From Patescibacteria group bacterium (GTDB taxonomy: Bacteria > Patescibacteriota > Minisyncoccia > Minisyncoccales > Staskawiczbacteraceae), in the NCBI GenBank assembly GCA_018829965.1, contig JAHJTG010000016.1, forward strand, positions 29,537 through 93,536: DNA of 64,000 bases, given 5' to 3'. Positions within the stretch are counted from its first letter, which is position 1. Each line of letters starts with the position of its first letter. The notes under the pieces are model-generated. The model worked only from the letters and a program-made list of their open reading frames with translations. It was not told the origin of the DNA and did not search any database. A program made the translations under genes and the position numbers. Shown here piece by piece: positions 1 through 9,238 of the stretch.

Positions 1-1203
1 CGGGTTAAGCTTGGAAGCGGAGCGCGCGGGCAAATAACCCGCGATGCAGCCAATTAAAAAAGAAAATCCTAGACTGAATATAATCAATTGGGGAGTTATT
101 GATGCCTGTAGATATAAATTACCGGTTGCTTTAACAGCAAATTCTATAGCCTTGGCCAAACCTAATCCTAAAATCATCCCTCCAATTCCTCCAAATAGTC
201 CAAAAAACCCGGATTCTATTAAGAAAATAGTATTAATAGCGGAATTCTTAGCGCCAATAGCCTTCATGATGCCGATTTCTTTCGTTCTTTCTCGAACTGA
301 AGTATACATAGTATTCATAATTCCTACCCCGCCGACGATAATAGCGATTGAAGCAAAACCGAAAATAGCTATTTGTATCATTCCCAATATACTGCCCACG
401 ATATCCATTACTTTTTCAGAACTTAAAACAGAAAATGAAGGAGAATCTGCTCCCCTTACCCTCTTTCTGGTTTCTAAAAGATTGCTTTTAATATTTTCAA
501 TTACTTCGTCTATTTCGTAGCCCTGCTTAGCTCTTGCTAAAACAATCTTAGCTCCTTTTTTTTCACCAGTGATATCTTTAAAAATATCTAAATCAACGGT
601 AATTGTAGAATCGTCCTGTTTATTTCCCAAAGACTTTAAAACTCCGGAAATTATGAATTTCCTTCCGCTAATAAAAGCTTCGTCTCCAACTTTCATCCCT
701 GGAAAAACATCTGTAGGAACAGCTGAACCGACAATAATTTCTTTTTTACCAATAACAGGCCAATCCCCTTCTTTTATGCTCCAGCCAAAGTCATTTTTTA
801 AAATATCCATTCCGTCTTTCCAAGAAACGCCGTTTATTAATATTGTTTTAACTTTTCCTTCGTGTCTAACAGCTTCTCCTTTATAATTCATGGGCACGAT
901 TGTTTCCACTCCTTCTGCTTTTTTAATTGCGTCCATATCTTTTTCCGTTAGCTCAAGGCCTCCACTCATCATAGTTGCCATATCGGTTATCTCTCCAGGA
1001 AAAATCATAATCAAGTCTTTGCCCATCATTTTTAATTGCTGCATTAAAGCTGTTTTTATCCCCTCGCTTAAAGACATTAAGGAAACAATCAAAAATACCC
1101 CGATGACAACACCGATTATAGTAAGCCAACTGCGTAAACGCCTAGCCTTTAAGCTTTTTATGGCAATTTTAAAGTATTCTTTTATGAAGTTTATTTTTCC
1201 CAT
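1..1203 (-). CDS. ABC transporter permease (MacB/FtsX family), 3' end runs off the window
   Basis: Manual translation from ATG 1203: MGKINFIKEYFKIAIKSLKARRLRSWLTIIGVVIGV...; ends ...IAGYLPARSASKLNP at the window edge; directly follows the ABC ATPase. Confidence 0.9.
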   Translation of the reverse strand, partial: MGKINFIKEYFKIAIKSLKARRLRSWLTIIGVVIGVFLIVSLMSLSEGIKTALMQQLKMMGKDLIMIFPGEITDMATMMSGGLELTEKDMDAIKKAEGVETIVPMNYKGEAVRHEGKVKTILINGVSWKDGMDILKNDFGWSIKEGDWPVIGKKEIIVGSAVPTDVFPGMKVGDEAFISGRKFIISGVLKSLGNKQDDSTITVDLDIFKDITGEKKGAKIVLARAKQGYEIDEVIENIKSNLLETRKRVRGADSPSFSVLSSEKVMDIVGSILGMIQIAIFGFASIAIIVGGVGIMNTMYTSVRERTKEIGIMKAIGAKNSAINTIFLIESGFFGLFGGIGGMILGLGLAKAIEFAVKATGNLYLQASITPQLIIFSLGFSFLIGCIAGYLPARSASKLNP

Positions 1204-1205
1204 AA

Positions 1206-1934
1206 TTATGATTTATGTGAGTTTTGTTCCCATAACACTTTTTCTTCTTGAAAATGGTTATGAATTATCTGCCCGTCCTGAATATGAATTATATTCTGGC
1301 TATAATGGGCAATAGTCGGGTCATGAGTTACAACAATAATTGTTTTCTTTTCTTTTTTATGTAATTCTGATAAAGCTTCCATAATTATTTTCCCTGTGCT
1401 GGAATCCAAATTACCCGTAGGCTCATCGGCGATTATTATTTCCGGGTCGTTAGATAGAGACCTGGCAATTGCAACTCTTTGCTGTTCTCCGCCAGAAAGC
1501 TCGCCTGGCCTGTGATGAGCCCTTTTTTGCATATCAAAAGATGCTAATAATTTTTCCGCTCTTTCTTTTCTTTCTAATTCTGGCACTGATTGAAAAATCA
1601 TCGGCATTATTATGTTTTCCAACGCGTTAAGATTTTGCAAAAGATTAAATTGCTGGAAAACAAACCCAATTTTTTGACCCCTGATTTTAGCTAATTCATT
1701 TTCAGAAAAACCAGAGACATTCTCCCCTTCCAAGAATATTTTTCCTTTTGTCGGAACATCTAAAAGGCCTAAAAGATACATTAAGGTTGATTTGCCAGAA
1801 CCAGAAGGTCCCATTATCGTAACAAAAGAACCCTTCCTTATTTCTAAGTTTATTCCTTTAAGAACAGGAAGTTCTATCTTGCCTAATTGATAGATCTTCC
1901 AGACGTTTTCTAATTTGATTAAAGACTCAGACAT
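1206..1934 (-). CDS. ABC transporter ATP-binding protein (LolD/MacB-like)
   Basis: Walker A GPSGSGKS, signature LSGGEQQRV, IIIADEPTGNLD, H-loop VTHD; ATG at 1934 chosen as start. Confidence 0.95.
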   Translation of the reverse strand: MSESLIKLENVWKIYQLGKIELPVLKGINLEIRKGSFVTIMGPSGSGKSTLMYLLGLLDVPTKGKIFLEGENVSGFSENELAKIRGQKIGFVFQQFNLLQNLNALENIIMPMIFQSVPELERKERAEKLLASFDMQKRAHHRPGELSGGEQQRVAIARSLSNDPEIIIADEPTGNLDSSTGKIIMEALSELHKKEKKTIIVVTHDPTIAHYSQNIIHIQDGQIIHNHFQEEKVLWEQNSHKS

Positions 1935-1936
1935 GC

Positions 1937-1965
1937 TTGACAAGGTTTTAATAGTGTATTATGAT
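1937..1965 (+). promoter_or_regulatory. sigma70-type promoter
   Basis: TTGACA (1937-1942), 17-nt spacer, TATGAT (1960-1965), upstream of the + strand ORF at 2068. Confidence 0.6.
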
Positions 1966-2067
1966 ATATGTATAAATTAAATTGTTTTTTAAGAAATAAA
2001 GGATGGCGTTCGTCCTTTAATACAGAACGTATAAACAGAAATGGATTTTAAAGATTGGAGATTTAAA

Positions 2068-2553
2068 ATGAAAAAACGAAAAGGTTTAACGACGCTGAAT
2101 TTTTTGTTAATGATTATTATTTTTTTATCCTTTGTAGTCTCAGTAGGCTTAATAGACCTCGCCATAAGAACAAACGCGAGGCTAACCAACGAGCAAGTAA
2201 TCGCGGAACCCAACACTGATAGTAGCTATAAGAGCGTTCCTTATGATTCTAACTGCGACGAACCTAACTGTTATACTATCGGCTATTCTGGAGACGAACA
2301 TGGAACTGGGTGCACGGTCAGATATTTAAAAGACCTTATGGTAAGAATATCGATAGTAGTTGACAAGACTGAAGTAAAAGACACAGAGAAGAAGGCTGCC
2401 GAGCTACTCAAAACGGCGAAAAAAATGATTGAACAGAATGACAAGATAATTAGCACAGAAACTATCACAGATATAGACGGAGTAGGATTTATCTGCCAAG
2501 AATTCAAGCTCACTCTTAAGTCCGCTGATCCAAATTCTCCTCCTTCTTCCTGA
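2068..2553 (+). CDS. hypothetical membrane-anchored protein
   Basis: GGAG before ATG 2068; basic N-terminus plus one hydrophobic helix; own promoter and terminator. Confidence 0.65.
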   Translation: MKKRKGLTTLNFLLMIIIFLSFVVSVGLIDLAIRTNARLTNEQVIAEPNTDSSYKSVPYDSNCDEPNCYTIGYSGDEHGTGCTVRYLKDLMVRISIVVDKTEVKDTEKKAAELLKTAKKMIEQNDKIISTETITDIDGVGFICQEFKLTLKSADPNSPPSS

Positions 2554-2577
2554 CACTAGCTTCTCTGGCAACCAAAG

Positions 2578-2611
2578 GCGTTAACTATCAAAAGTTAACG
2601 CTTCTTTTTTT
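2578..2611 (+). terminator. intrinsic terminator
   Basis: GCGTTAAC...GTTAACGC stem followed by a T-run. Confidence 0.65.
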
Positions 2612-2685
2612 ACATACGAATTTTAAAAAGCAGATTTATCGTTTACCTTCACGGGAACAGTTCCTGCGAACTTTATCTGTGAGTT

Positions 2686-2706
2686 TACGGGGGTGCGACC
2701 CCCGTA
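2686..2706. repeat. REP-like palindrome TACGGGGGT-GCG-ACCCCCGTA
   Basis: Near-identical copy at 4624-4654; similarly built palindrome at 5556-5581. Confidence 0.7.
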
Positions 2707-2708
2707 GC

Positions 2709-4229
2709 TTATTCAATCACAATTTCCTCACCCTCTATCAAACCGGAGATGACTTCTACTTTACCATCACTCCCCTCTAATCCAATCTGTATTCCTATTT
2801 CTTCTTGTTTCTTGTCTTTTAAAACTAAAACTGTAATTTTTCCGTTTTCTTGAACAGCTTCTTTCGGCACCACCAATACATTATTTTTTTCTGCGGTTTT
2901 TATAACAATATCAACCGTCATCCCAGGTTTTGCACCTTCTTTTAATTCATCAAAAGCAATCGTAACTTCGTAATAGACAACTCCGTCAACTAGTTTTCCA
3001 GCTGGATTAATTGTTATTACCTTTCCCGTCAATGTTTCGTTTGAAAAAGCAGCTACCTTAATATCAACTGAATTCCCATTTTTAATCTTAACAATATCTT
3101 CTTCATAGATATCAACCTTTACTTGAAACGGGTCTAAAGAAATCAAAGAAATAGGCAATTCTGTAGCTTGGGCTATTTCACCAACTTTCTTATCCACTTT
3201 TGTCACTATAGCTTTTATTGGGCTACGAAGCGAAGCATCGTTAATCTGTGTTTGTAATAAACTAACGTTTGCCTCTGCCTCATTCACTTTTGCTTGATAA
3301 TAGTCAATGTCTTCCTGTCTTGGCTTGGCTTTTTTAAAAGCGAGTTCGTCTTCAGCTGTTTGAAAAGCGATTTTATCAGAAGAAATGGCCTGCTGGTCAT
3401 CAGTAACGCTAGTTAAACTTGTAATGATATACGACCTATGATTATCTAATATTGTTTTATCAGCAGACGAAACTTTTGAATAATAGGCTGCTGATTCGCA
3501 AGTTTCTCTAATAATCTTTAGAGCATTAGAAGTACTGGTTAATCCAATAATTGTTTTAGAAACTGCGCTGTTAATATTGTCGTTAGTTGAATTACTTTTA
3601 GCTACATCTAAGTACGGCTTAACTATTGTCAAAGCTTCTCCAATCACATCTTTATTGTCTCTCACTTTTGTGCCTTCTTGGTCGCCAGCGTTAAAATAAC
3701 TGGTTTGAATTGTGCCAACAGCGTTATAGGCATTGTAGATTTTCAAATGAGCATCGTCTAGTCCATTTAAAGCATCTTGATAGGCTTTATTCAAATCATC
3801 CTGGGCCGCATTTCTTGCGCTTTCCACGACCTTAATGTCCTCGGCAGTAGAACCAGCTATTAATTTATCGTATTGGGTTTGAGCCACAGCTAAAGATGCT
3901 TCAGCTCCATTAAGCTGAACATAAAGCTGGTTTATTTCTAATTTAGCCAAAGTGCTCCCTTTTTCTACAATATCTCCAACTTTAATATCCATTCTTTCAA
4001 TTCTTCCTGAAGTTTTAAAACCAAGGTTTATTTCTTGAGCACCTTCCACAGAACCAGTTTCTGCAACTTCTTGGATAATATCTCCTCTGACAACTTTAAC
4101 TGTTTTTAAAGCGCTATCCCCTTTTTTAAAAATATTTCCAAAAAGGAAAAAGGCTATTATCAATATAATAACTGATATTATAATTATTTTTTTCTTTGTT
4201 TTTATTATATTTAGTATTTTTTTATGCAT
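2709..4229 (-). CDS. efflux periplasmic adaptor subunit (MacA/HlyD family)
   Basis: N-terminal TM helix, lipoyl-like half motifs (GRIERMDIKVGDIVEKG; LRSPIKAIV), long coiled coil, KPGMTVD; start MHKKILN. Confidence 0.9.
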   Translation of the reverse strand: MHKKILNIIKTKKKIIIISVIILIIAFFLFGNIFKKGDSALKTVKVVRGDIIQEVAETGSVEGAQEINLGFKTSGRIERMDIKVGDIVEKGSTLAKLEINQLYVQLNGAEASLAVAQTQYDKLIAGSTAEDIKVVESARNAAQDDLNKAYQDALNGLDDAHLKIYNAYNAVGTIQTSYFNAGDQEGTKVRDNKDVIGEALTIVKPYLDVAKSNSTNDNINSAVSKTIIGLTSTSNALKIIRETCESAAYYSKVSSADKTILDNHRSYIITSLTSVTDDQQAISSDKIAFQTAEDELAFKKAKPRQEDIDYYQAKVNEAEANVSLLQTQINDASLRSPIKAIVTKVDKKVGEIAQATELPISLISLDPFQVKVDIYEEDIVKIKNGNSVDIKVAAFSNETLTGKVITINPAGKLVDGVVYYEVTIAFDELKEGAKPGMTVDIVIKTAEKNNVLVVPKEAVQENGKITVLVLKDKKQEEIGIQIGLEGSDGKVEVISGLIEGEEIVIE

Positions 4230-4424
4230 TGTTTTTATGGTTTTTAATAAAGTTTTTAATTGACCTATCGCGAGTCTTTTCAACGCTTGCTGAAAAACAG
4301 CAGGCAGGAAGCTCGTCATTTTTTAAATGATACCTTAAACATTCGCAACAAGTCCCCTTCCTCTCGCAATCTGGATAAGTGCAGGGACAGGCTTCTAAAT
4401 TCTTTTGTTTTTTTTACACTCCAT
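4222..4424 (-). pseudogene. small Cys-rich protein (DUF6485-like), frameshifted in an A8 tract
   Basis: MECKK in one frame, then QKNLEACPCTYPDCERKGTCCECLRYHLKNDELPACCF...NA* in another; its stop overlaps the adaptor ATG. Confidence 0.65.
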
Positions 4425-4623
4425 CTATTCTATTGGATTAGTTTATTGTATATTATATCGCTTTATTATTATTTTATTATAACAAAAAATTGCCTATAGG
4501 GCAATTTTACTAGTTTTAACTATACGATAATCTGTCGCACAATGAGTTAAAAAATGGAAACCTGATTTCCTCCTCATGTCCTCCGCCTAACATTTCCCGC
4601 TACATTTCTAATTTCTAATTATT

Positions 4624-4654
4624 AAGCTTACGGGGGTCGTACCCCCGTAAGCTT
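4624..4654. repeat. REP-like palindrome AAGCTTACGGGGGT-CGT-ACCCCCGTAAGCTT
   Basis: Perfect 14-bp arms; matches 2686-2706. Confidence 0.75.
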
Positions 4655-4671
4655 TAATCTCTATTAAAAAT

Positions 4672-5529
4672 TTAAATTTGTATTATTATATATCGCCATT
4701 TGTTAAATTGGTCTTTATGAAATCGGTAATTTTTGTATCCGAACTTCTTTAACAATCTTTCAATCTCTTTTTTCTGTTCAGGGCTGAACTCCATAAATAT
4801 TTTTCCTCGCCCTTCCGAAGCCTTGCTGAGTCCGTCCGTAGCTTTAAGTGAAGGAGGAGCGAAGGAGGGTGCTTCTTTTAGAAACCTCCTGATGCAAAAA
4901 AACCCGTCTTTACCGCCGAATATTGCTTTTTTAGGTTCGTGTTTTAGAACAGCTTTTTGAACTTTCTTTAAGTTTCCTTTGCTGATATATGGAGGATTAG
5001 CAAAGATATAATCATACTCTCCTTTTATCTTGCTAAAAACATCGGATTGAATTATCTTATATCTTTTTTTATCTATATTGTTCAGCTTTAAGTTTAATTC
5101 AATTTGTTTTAAAAACCTTTTATCCTTTTCAGCAAAATCAACCTTGCTATTTTTAATATTCTTAAGAATTGCCAAGCCAATACACCCTGACCCAGAAAAG
5201 ATATCTAAAATATTCAGCTTAATATTTCCTGTTTTTACTTTTTCAGCCGTATATCCAGCCGTGTAAAAAATTCGCGATCGCGAATTTTTTACACGGCTGG
5301 AATAATCCTTTTTAATTCCTTTAATCGCCTCCCTCACCCAATACTCTGTTTCCTGCCTAGGGATTAAAGGCTTTTTAGATAAATCAATTTTACAGCCTAA
5401 AAAACTAACAAAGCCGATGATATAGTCTATCGGCTCGCCGTTTTGCAATCGCTTTAAATCCTTTTTAAATCCTTTTGTTACTTTTCCGTTATATTTTTCC
5501 TTTAATAACCAACTGGCTTCTTTTTGCAT
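4672..5529 (-). CDS. prmC: release factor glutamine methyltransferase HemK/PrmC, with two repeat-derived in-frame insertions
   Basis: GEPIDYIIG, LIPRQETE, LDIFSGSGCI, ANPPYI motifs. Confidence 0.9.
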   Translation of the reverse strand: MQKEASWLLKEKYNGKVTKGFKKDLKRLQNGEPIDYIIGFVSFLGCKIDLSKKPLIPRQETEYWVREAIKGIKKDYSSRVKNSRSRIFYTAGYTAEKVKTGNIKLNILDIFSGSGCIGLAILKNIKNSKVDFAEKDKRFLKQIELNLKLNNIDKKRYKIIQSDVFSKIKGEYDYIFANPPYISKGNLKKVQKAVLKHEPKKAIFGGKDGFFCIRRFLKEAPSFAPPSLKATDGLSKASEGRGKIFMEFSPEQKKEIERLLKKFGYKNYRFHKDQFNKWRYIIIQI

Positions 5530-5588
5530 ACAATTTATTAAATGAGTTTGGAGAAATTAGTGAGGTCGGGACCTCACTAATAATTTTT

Positions 5589-5780
5589 AACTGTTAAACG
5601 AGGCAATAAGTTTAAAAGTAAATTTCGCAGGCAATTTAGCATGGTTTCGTCGATTGGCGACCGCAACACCCGGTGTTGTCGCAACACCGGGTGTTGCGGA
5701 GTGTGTTGCGGAGTAAATTTAAATAGCCCTGAGACGCTGGACGAAGGGACTATCGGTACTTTTAAACTCGTTGCCGAACG
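5589..5780. repeat. family B long-hairpin element (AACTGTTAAGCGAGG...CCGAGCG) abutting the rlmE stop
   Basis: Termini shared with 6895-7043, 27033-27201, 34427-34566, 44287-44424; contains CAACACCCGGTGTTG palindromes. Confidence 0.75.
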
Positions 5781-6377
5781 CTATTGTCGAGTAAATTTTT
5801 TCGCCACAATGTAAAACTCCTTACTGTGTTTTATAACTGCCATAGGCCTGACTCTTTTTAAAACCTCAAAGTGTTTTTCTACCTCTTTCACAAATTCATC
5901 TACGCATTCCCCTTCAAAGATTTTAGATATGAAACTTCCGCCTCTTCTTAACACAATCTTTGCTATTTCAAATGCTTTTTCAGAAAGTTCTAAAGACTTT
6001 CCCACATCAGACCATATTACTCCGGTAGTCTTTGGAGCCAAATCAGCAACTAATGCATCGCACTTTCCTTGCCATGCTTTCAAATCATCTTCTGTTATTT
6101 CTAAAATATCTTTTTTAATAAAAGAGATATTGTTCCTCGGAGGTATTTTAATATCCTCAATATCAATGCCCAATACCCTGCCCTTCGGACCAACCGTATC
6201 TGAAATATATATTATCCAAGAACCCGGAGCGCAACCTAAATCTAAAACCACGTCATTTTTCCTAATGACTCTGAGTTTATCATTTATTTCTTTCAGCTTA
6301 TAGACTGACCTTGCGGGATAACCCTCTTTTTTTGCTTTGCGAGTATAGAACTCGCGTTTTTTATCTTTGCGGTACAC
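5781..6377 (-). CDS. rlmE: 23S rRNA 2'-O-methyltransferase RlmE/FtsJ
   Basis: GYPARSVYKL, VLDLGCAPGSW, DLAP, SKEFY motifs. Confidence 0.93.
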   Translation of the reverse strand: MYRKDKKREFYTRKAKKEGYPARSVYKLKEINDKLRVIRKNDVVLDLGCAPGSWIIYISDTVGPKGRVLGIDIEDIKIPPRNNISFIKKDILEITEDDLKAWQGKCDALVADLAPKTTGVIWSDVGKSLELSEKAFEIAKIVLRRGGSFISKIFEGECVDEFVKEVEKHFEVLKRVRPMAVIKHSKEFYIVAKKFTRQ

Positions 6378-6508
6378 CCCGTTAGAAGTCCTTGACGAAA
6401 AAATTTATAAATAAATTTTTTCTATCAACAGAACAAAACATTAATTTAATAAACATTTGATTACCATATTAGTTGTTTGCTTTAATAAAAACAGACTTCT
6501 AACGTGGT
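6376..6508. mobile_element. family A MITE-like element (TIR ACCCCGTTAGAAGT / ACTTCTAACGGGGT) inserted at the rlmE start
   Basis: 15-bp imperfect TIRs, AC on both flanks, separates ATG 6512 from the rlmE body. Confidence 0.75.
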
Positions 6509-6562
6509 ACATATTTGTATTATAACAAAAAAAACCCGCTATAGACGGGCTTTTTAGAGAAT

Positions 6563-6877
6563 CTACTCTGCCTCTATCTTTAATATCTCTACTTCGGTAT
6601 AGGGCTGTCTGTGCCCCATCTTTTTATGAAAACGTTTCTTAGCCTTGTATTTATATATGGTAATCTTATCTCCCTTCCCCTGCTTTAAAATTTTTCCTAC
6701 AACCTTGGCTCCTTTTACTAAAGGAGTACCGATTTCTACTTTCTTGTTTCTTTCCAATAATAAAACTTCGGAAAAAATAATTTCCTCCCCTTCTTTTTTC
6801 TCTATTTTCTCAATCTTTAATTTTTCTTCGGGGGAAACAATATATTGCTTCCCACCGGTTTTTATTACTGCCAACAT
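6563..6877 (-). CDS. rplU: 50S ribosomal protein L21
   Basis: AVIKTGGKQY...GHRQPYT. Confidence 0.97.
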   Translation of the reverse strand: MLAVIKTGGKQYIVSPEEKLKIEKIEKKEGEEIIFSEVLLLERNKKVEIGTPLVKGAKVVGKILKQGKGDKITIYKYKAKKRFHKKMGHRQPYTEVEILKIEAE

Positions 6878-6894
6878 AAGTATTTTTGTTTTTT

Positions 6895-7043
6895 AACTGT
6901 TAAGCGAGGCAGTAGTTATAAAAGTGCCCCTCGCAGGCGATTTTGCATGGTTCCGCCTCGTGGCGGAAAAATCGCCGAGAGTGGAGATGACCAAACCTCG
7001 CAGGGGTTTGGATTATCGCCACTTTTATGGCTACTACCGAGCG
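6895..7043. repeat. family B long-hairpin element between rmuC and rplU
   Basis: AACTGTTAAGCGAGGCAGTAGTTATAAAAGTG...CACTTTTATGGCTACTACCGAGCG. Confidence 0.75.
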
Positions 7044-7044
7044 T

Positions 7045-8079
7045 CTATTCAATTAGAGACTGTTCAACCTCTTTTATAGTTTTAATATTATTTTCCGTAC
7101 CTGTTATTTTTACCACATCTTTATCTATTTTTGCAAGCTCTTTTGACGCTTTATTGTAAGAACCGACTGTTATATTCAAATGCCCGCCCATTTTCTTCAT
7201 ATATTCGCTGTATGTTCCCAAATGCCTTCCCAGCCTTTCAACTTCTTTTATAACCTCCTTTGCCTGTTCTGATATCTTCTGATTTTTCAATCCTTGCAAA
7301 ACCGTCTGCAAATAAGCAAGAAATGATGTCGGGGAAACAATTATTACTTTCTTTCTGCCAGCGTAATATATCAGATTATTCGTATCTTCGGTTATCGTCC
7401 CCACTTTATTGATAAGCAAATCGTAATATACAGCTTCAGAAGGAATAAACATAAAAGCAAAATCCATTGTGTTTTCTTCTGGTTTTACATATTTTGATGT
7501 CTCTTCAATCCTGGCTTTTAAATCTTGGACAAAAGCATTCTCATATCTCTTTTTGTCTTCTGGATTCCTTGATTCTAGAATGCGGTTATAGTTTTCCAAG
7601 CTGAACTTTGAATCAATCGGAATAATGCGCTTGTCTACAAAAACCACTGCGTCAACTATTGTCCCGTCTTTAAACGAATACTGCATTTGAAAAGAACCGG
7701 GAGGCAAAACATTTTTTAAAACAGTTTCAAGATAATACTCTCCTAAAACTCCTCTTTGTTTGGGATTTTTCAAAATATCCTGAAGGCTCTGCAACTGGTC
7801 GGCAAAACCTACGACCTGACGGTTGGTTTCATCAAGTTTAGTTAGTTTTTCAGTAACATCGCTGATAATTTTAGCGCTTTGTCCGAACTGCACTTGAATA
7901 GTTTTATTTGATTCAGACAACTGGCTTTCCAAAGTTTTCCTGATATCGCTTAATTGCTGTTGAATCATTAAAGAGGCATCGCTTTTTGTTTCAGATTTCT
8001 TCTTAAATAATAAAAAAAACACTCCTGTCAAGCCGAAAAAAATTAAAACCAAAAAGCTGATTATTATTGCTTGTTCCAT
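7045..8079 (-). CDS. rmuC: DNA recombination protein RmuC
   Basis: N-terminal TM, KQRGVLGEYYLE, IPIDSKF, DFAFMFIPSE, IIVSPTS. Confidence 0.92.
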   Translation of the reverse strand: MEQAIIISFLVLIFFGLTGVFFLLFKKKSETKSDASLMIQQQLSDIRKTLESQLSESNKTIQVQFGQSAKIISDVTEKLTKLDETNRQVVGFADQLQSLQDILKNPKQRGVLGEYYLETVLKNVLPPGSFQMQYSFKDGTIVDAVVFVDKRIIPIDSKFSLENYNRILESRNPEDKKRYENAFVQDLKARIEETSKYVKPEENTMDFAFMFIPSEAVYYDLLINKVGTITEDTNNLIYYAGRKKVIIVSPTSFLAYLQTVLQGLKNQKISEQAKEVIKEVERLGRHLGTYSEYMKKMGGHLNITVGSYNKASKELAKIDKDVVKITGTENNIKTIKEVEQSLIE

Positions 8080-8124
8080 TAAAGTTATATTATATTATTT
8101 TACTCAAAGATTCAACACTGTAAT

Positions 8125-9084
8125 TTACCTGAGAAATATCTCTGTAATCAGAAAAGCTATATAAAGAAAGAGCAAAAACAGACCTTCTTTTTTAGTGATT
8201 TTCTGACCCGTTTTAACAACTAATAAAAAGAAGAAAGCGGCAATCACTGTAAATATTCTAGCTGTTATAAATGGAGAAAAATCTTTGATTTCAAAAGGTG
8301 AAACCAAAGCAACTATTCCTAATACTAAAGTAGCGCAAACAATAACAGAGCCCATTATATCTCCGAGAATCATCCAATTTTGATTTTTTTTTGCTGAAAT
8401 AAATATAAAATATATTTCTGGGAAACAATTCGCTAAACCAACAATAAGGATACCGATGATAGAAAGCGGAATATTAAAAGAAATGGAAAAAAATTGAGCG
8501 CTTTTTATAATCCCCTCCGAAGCTAACAAAAGCATGCCCAAAAGAAAAACAATTTTTAATAAACTTTTAAAAAAATCGATTACTCCCGCGATAGATTTTC
8601 TTTCTTTATTGTCATATATTTTTTTAAATCTATCTTCTTTTGAAAAAATCCAGAAGGTGTAAAATAAAAATGCGAAAATCAAAACTAACCCATCTCCCCT
8701 ACTTAAGTTTCCATCAGAAATTAAAAGCAAGGGTAGTAAAACAATTGCTGTTGTAAAAAGAGCGCTCGTTTGAACCATTCTGCTTCCGGTTGATAAATTT
8801 CCGTGTGTTAAAAAAACCGCTAAAGCCAATACTAACGACAAATCAACCATATTCCCGCCGAGTATATCTCCAAAAGCAAGCTGAGGTAAACCATGAAGAA
8901 CAGCACTTATATCCACAAAAAGGTTCGGGATAGAAGTGGCGAAAGCCATAACAAAAAAAGCGACTATAAATTCGCGCCACTTTAAAAATTTTGCAATTTT
9001 TATAAGAGAATCTACTAATATTGAACCCAGCCAAGGCAAAGCAAGACAAGAAGCAATAAAAATAAGCAGATAGAGCCAAATCAT
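8125..9084 (-). CDS. sodium:calcium antiporter (YrbG/CaCA family)
   Basis: Two alpha-repeats (ATSIPN...GDILGGN; ANCFPE...GDIMGS), about 10 TM helices. Confidence 0.85.
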   Translation of the reverse strand: MIWLYLLIFIASCLALPWLGSILVDSLIKIAKFLKWREFIVAFFVMAFATSIPNLFVDISAVLHGLPQLAFGDILGGNMVDLSLVLALAVFLTHGNLSTGSRMVQTSALFTTAIVLLPLLLISDGNLSRGDGLVLIFAFLFYTFWIFSKEDRFKKIYDNKERKSIAGVIDFFKSLLKIVFLLGMLLLASEGIIKSAQFFSISFNIPLSIIGILIVGLANCFPEIYFIFISAKKNQNWMILGDIMGSVIVCATLVLGIVALVSPFEIKDFSPFITARIFTVIAAFFFLLVVKTGQKITKKEGLFLLFLYIAFLITEIFLR

Positions 9085-9238
9085 ACCCAGTATATCAACA
9101 TCCAGAGCCAAACATAATATAATTATGTTTTCGGCTTGAATGGTGTTTAATATTTAATAAGTTGATATTCAGTAATACTAACTCTCGCAGTGGGTTTAGC
9201 ATTATATTGCCGAAAACACTGGATGTTGTATTACTGGG

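Noticed and set aside
44..1315. + strand ORFs 44-520, 569-886 and 890-1315, and similar antisense ORFs throughout the track
   Set aside because: Shadows of well-supported genes on the opposite strand; no recognisable motifs
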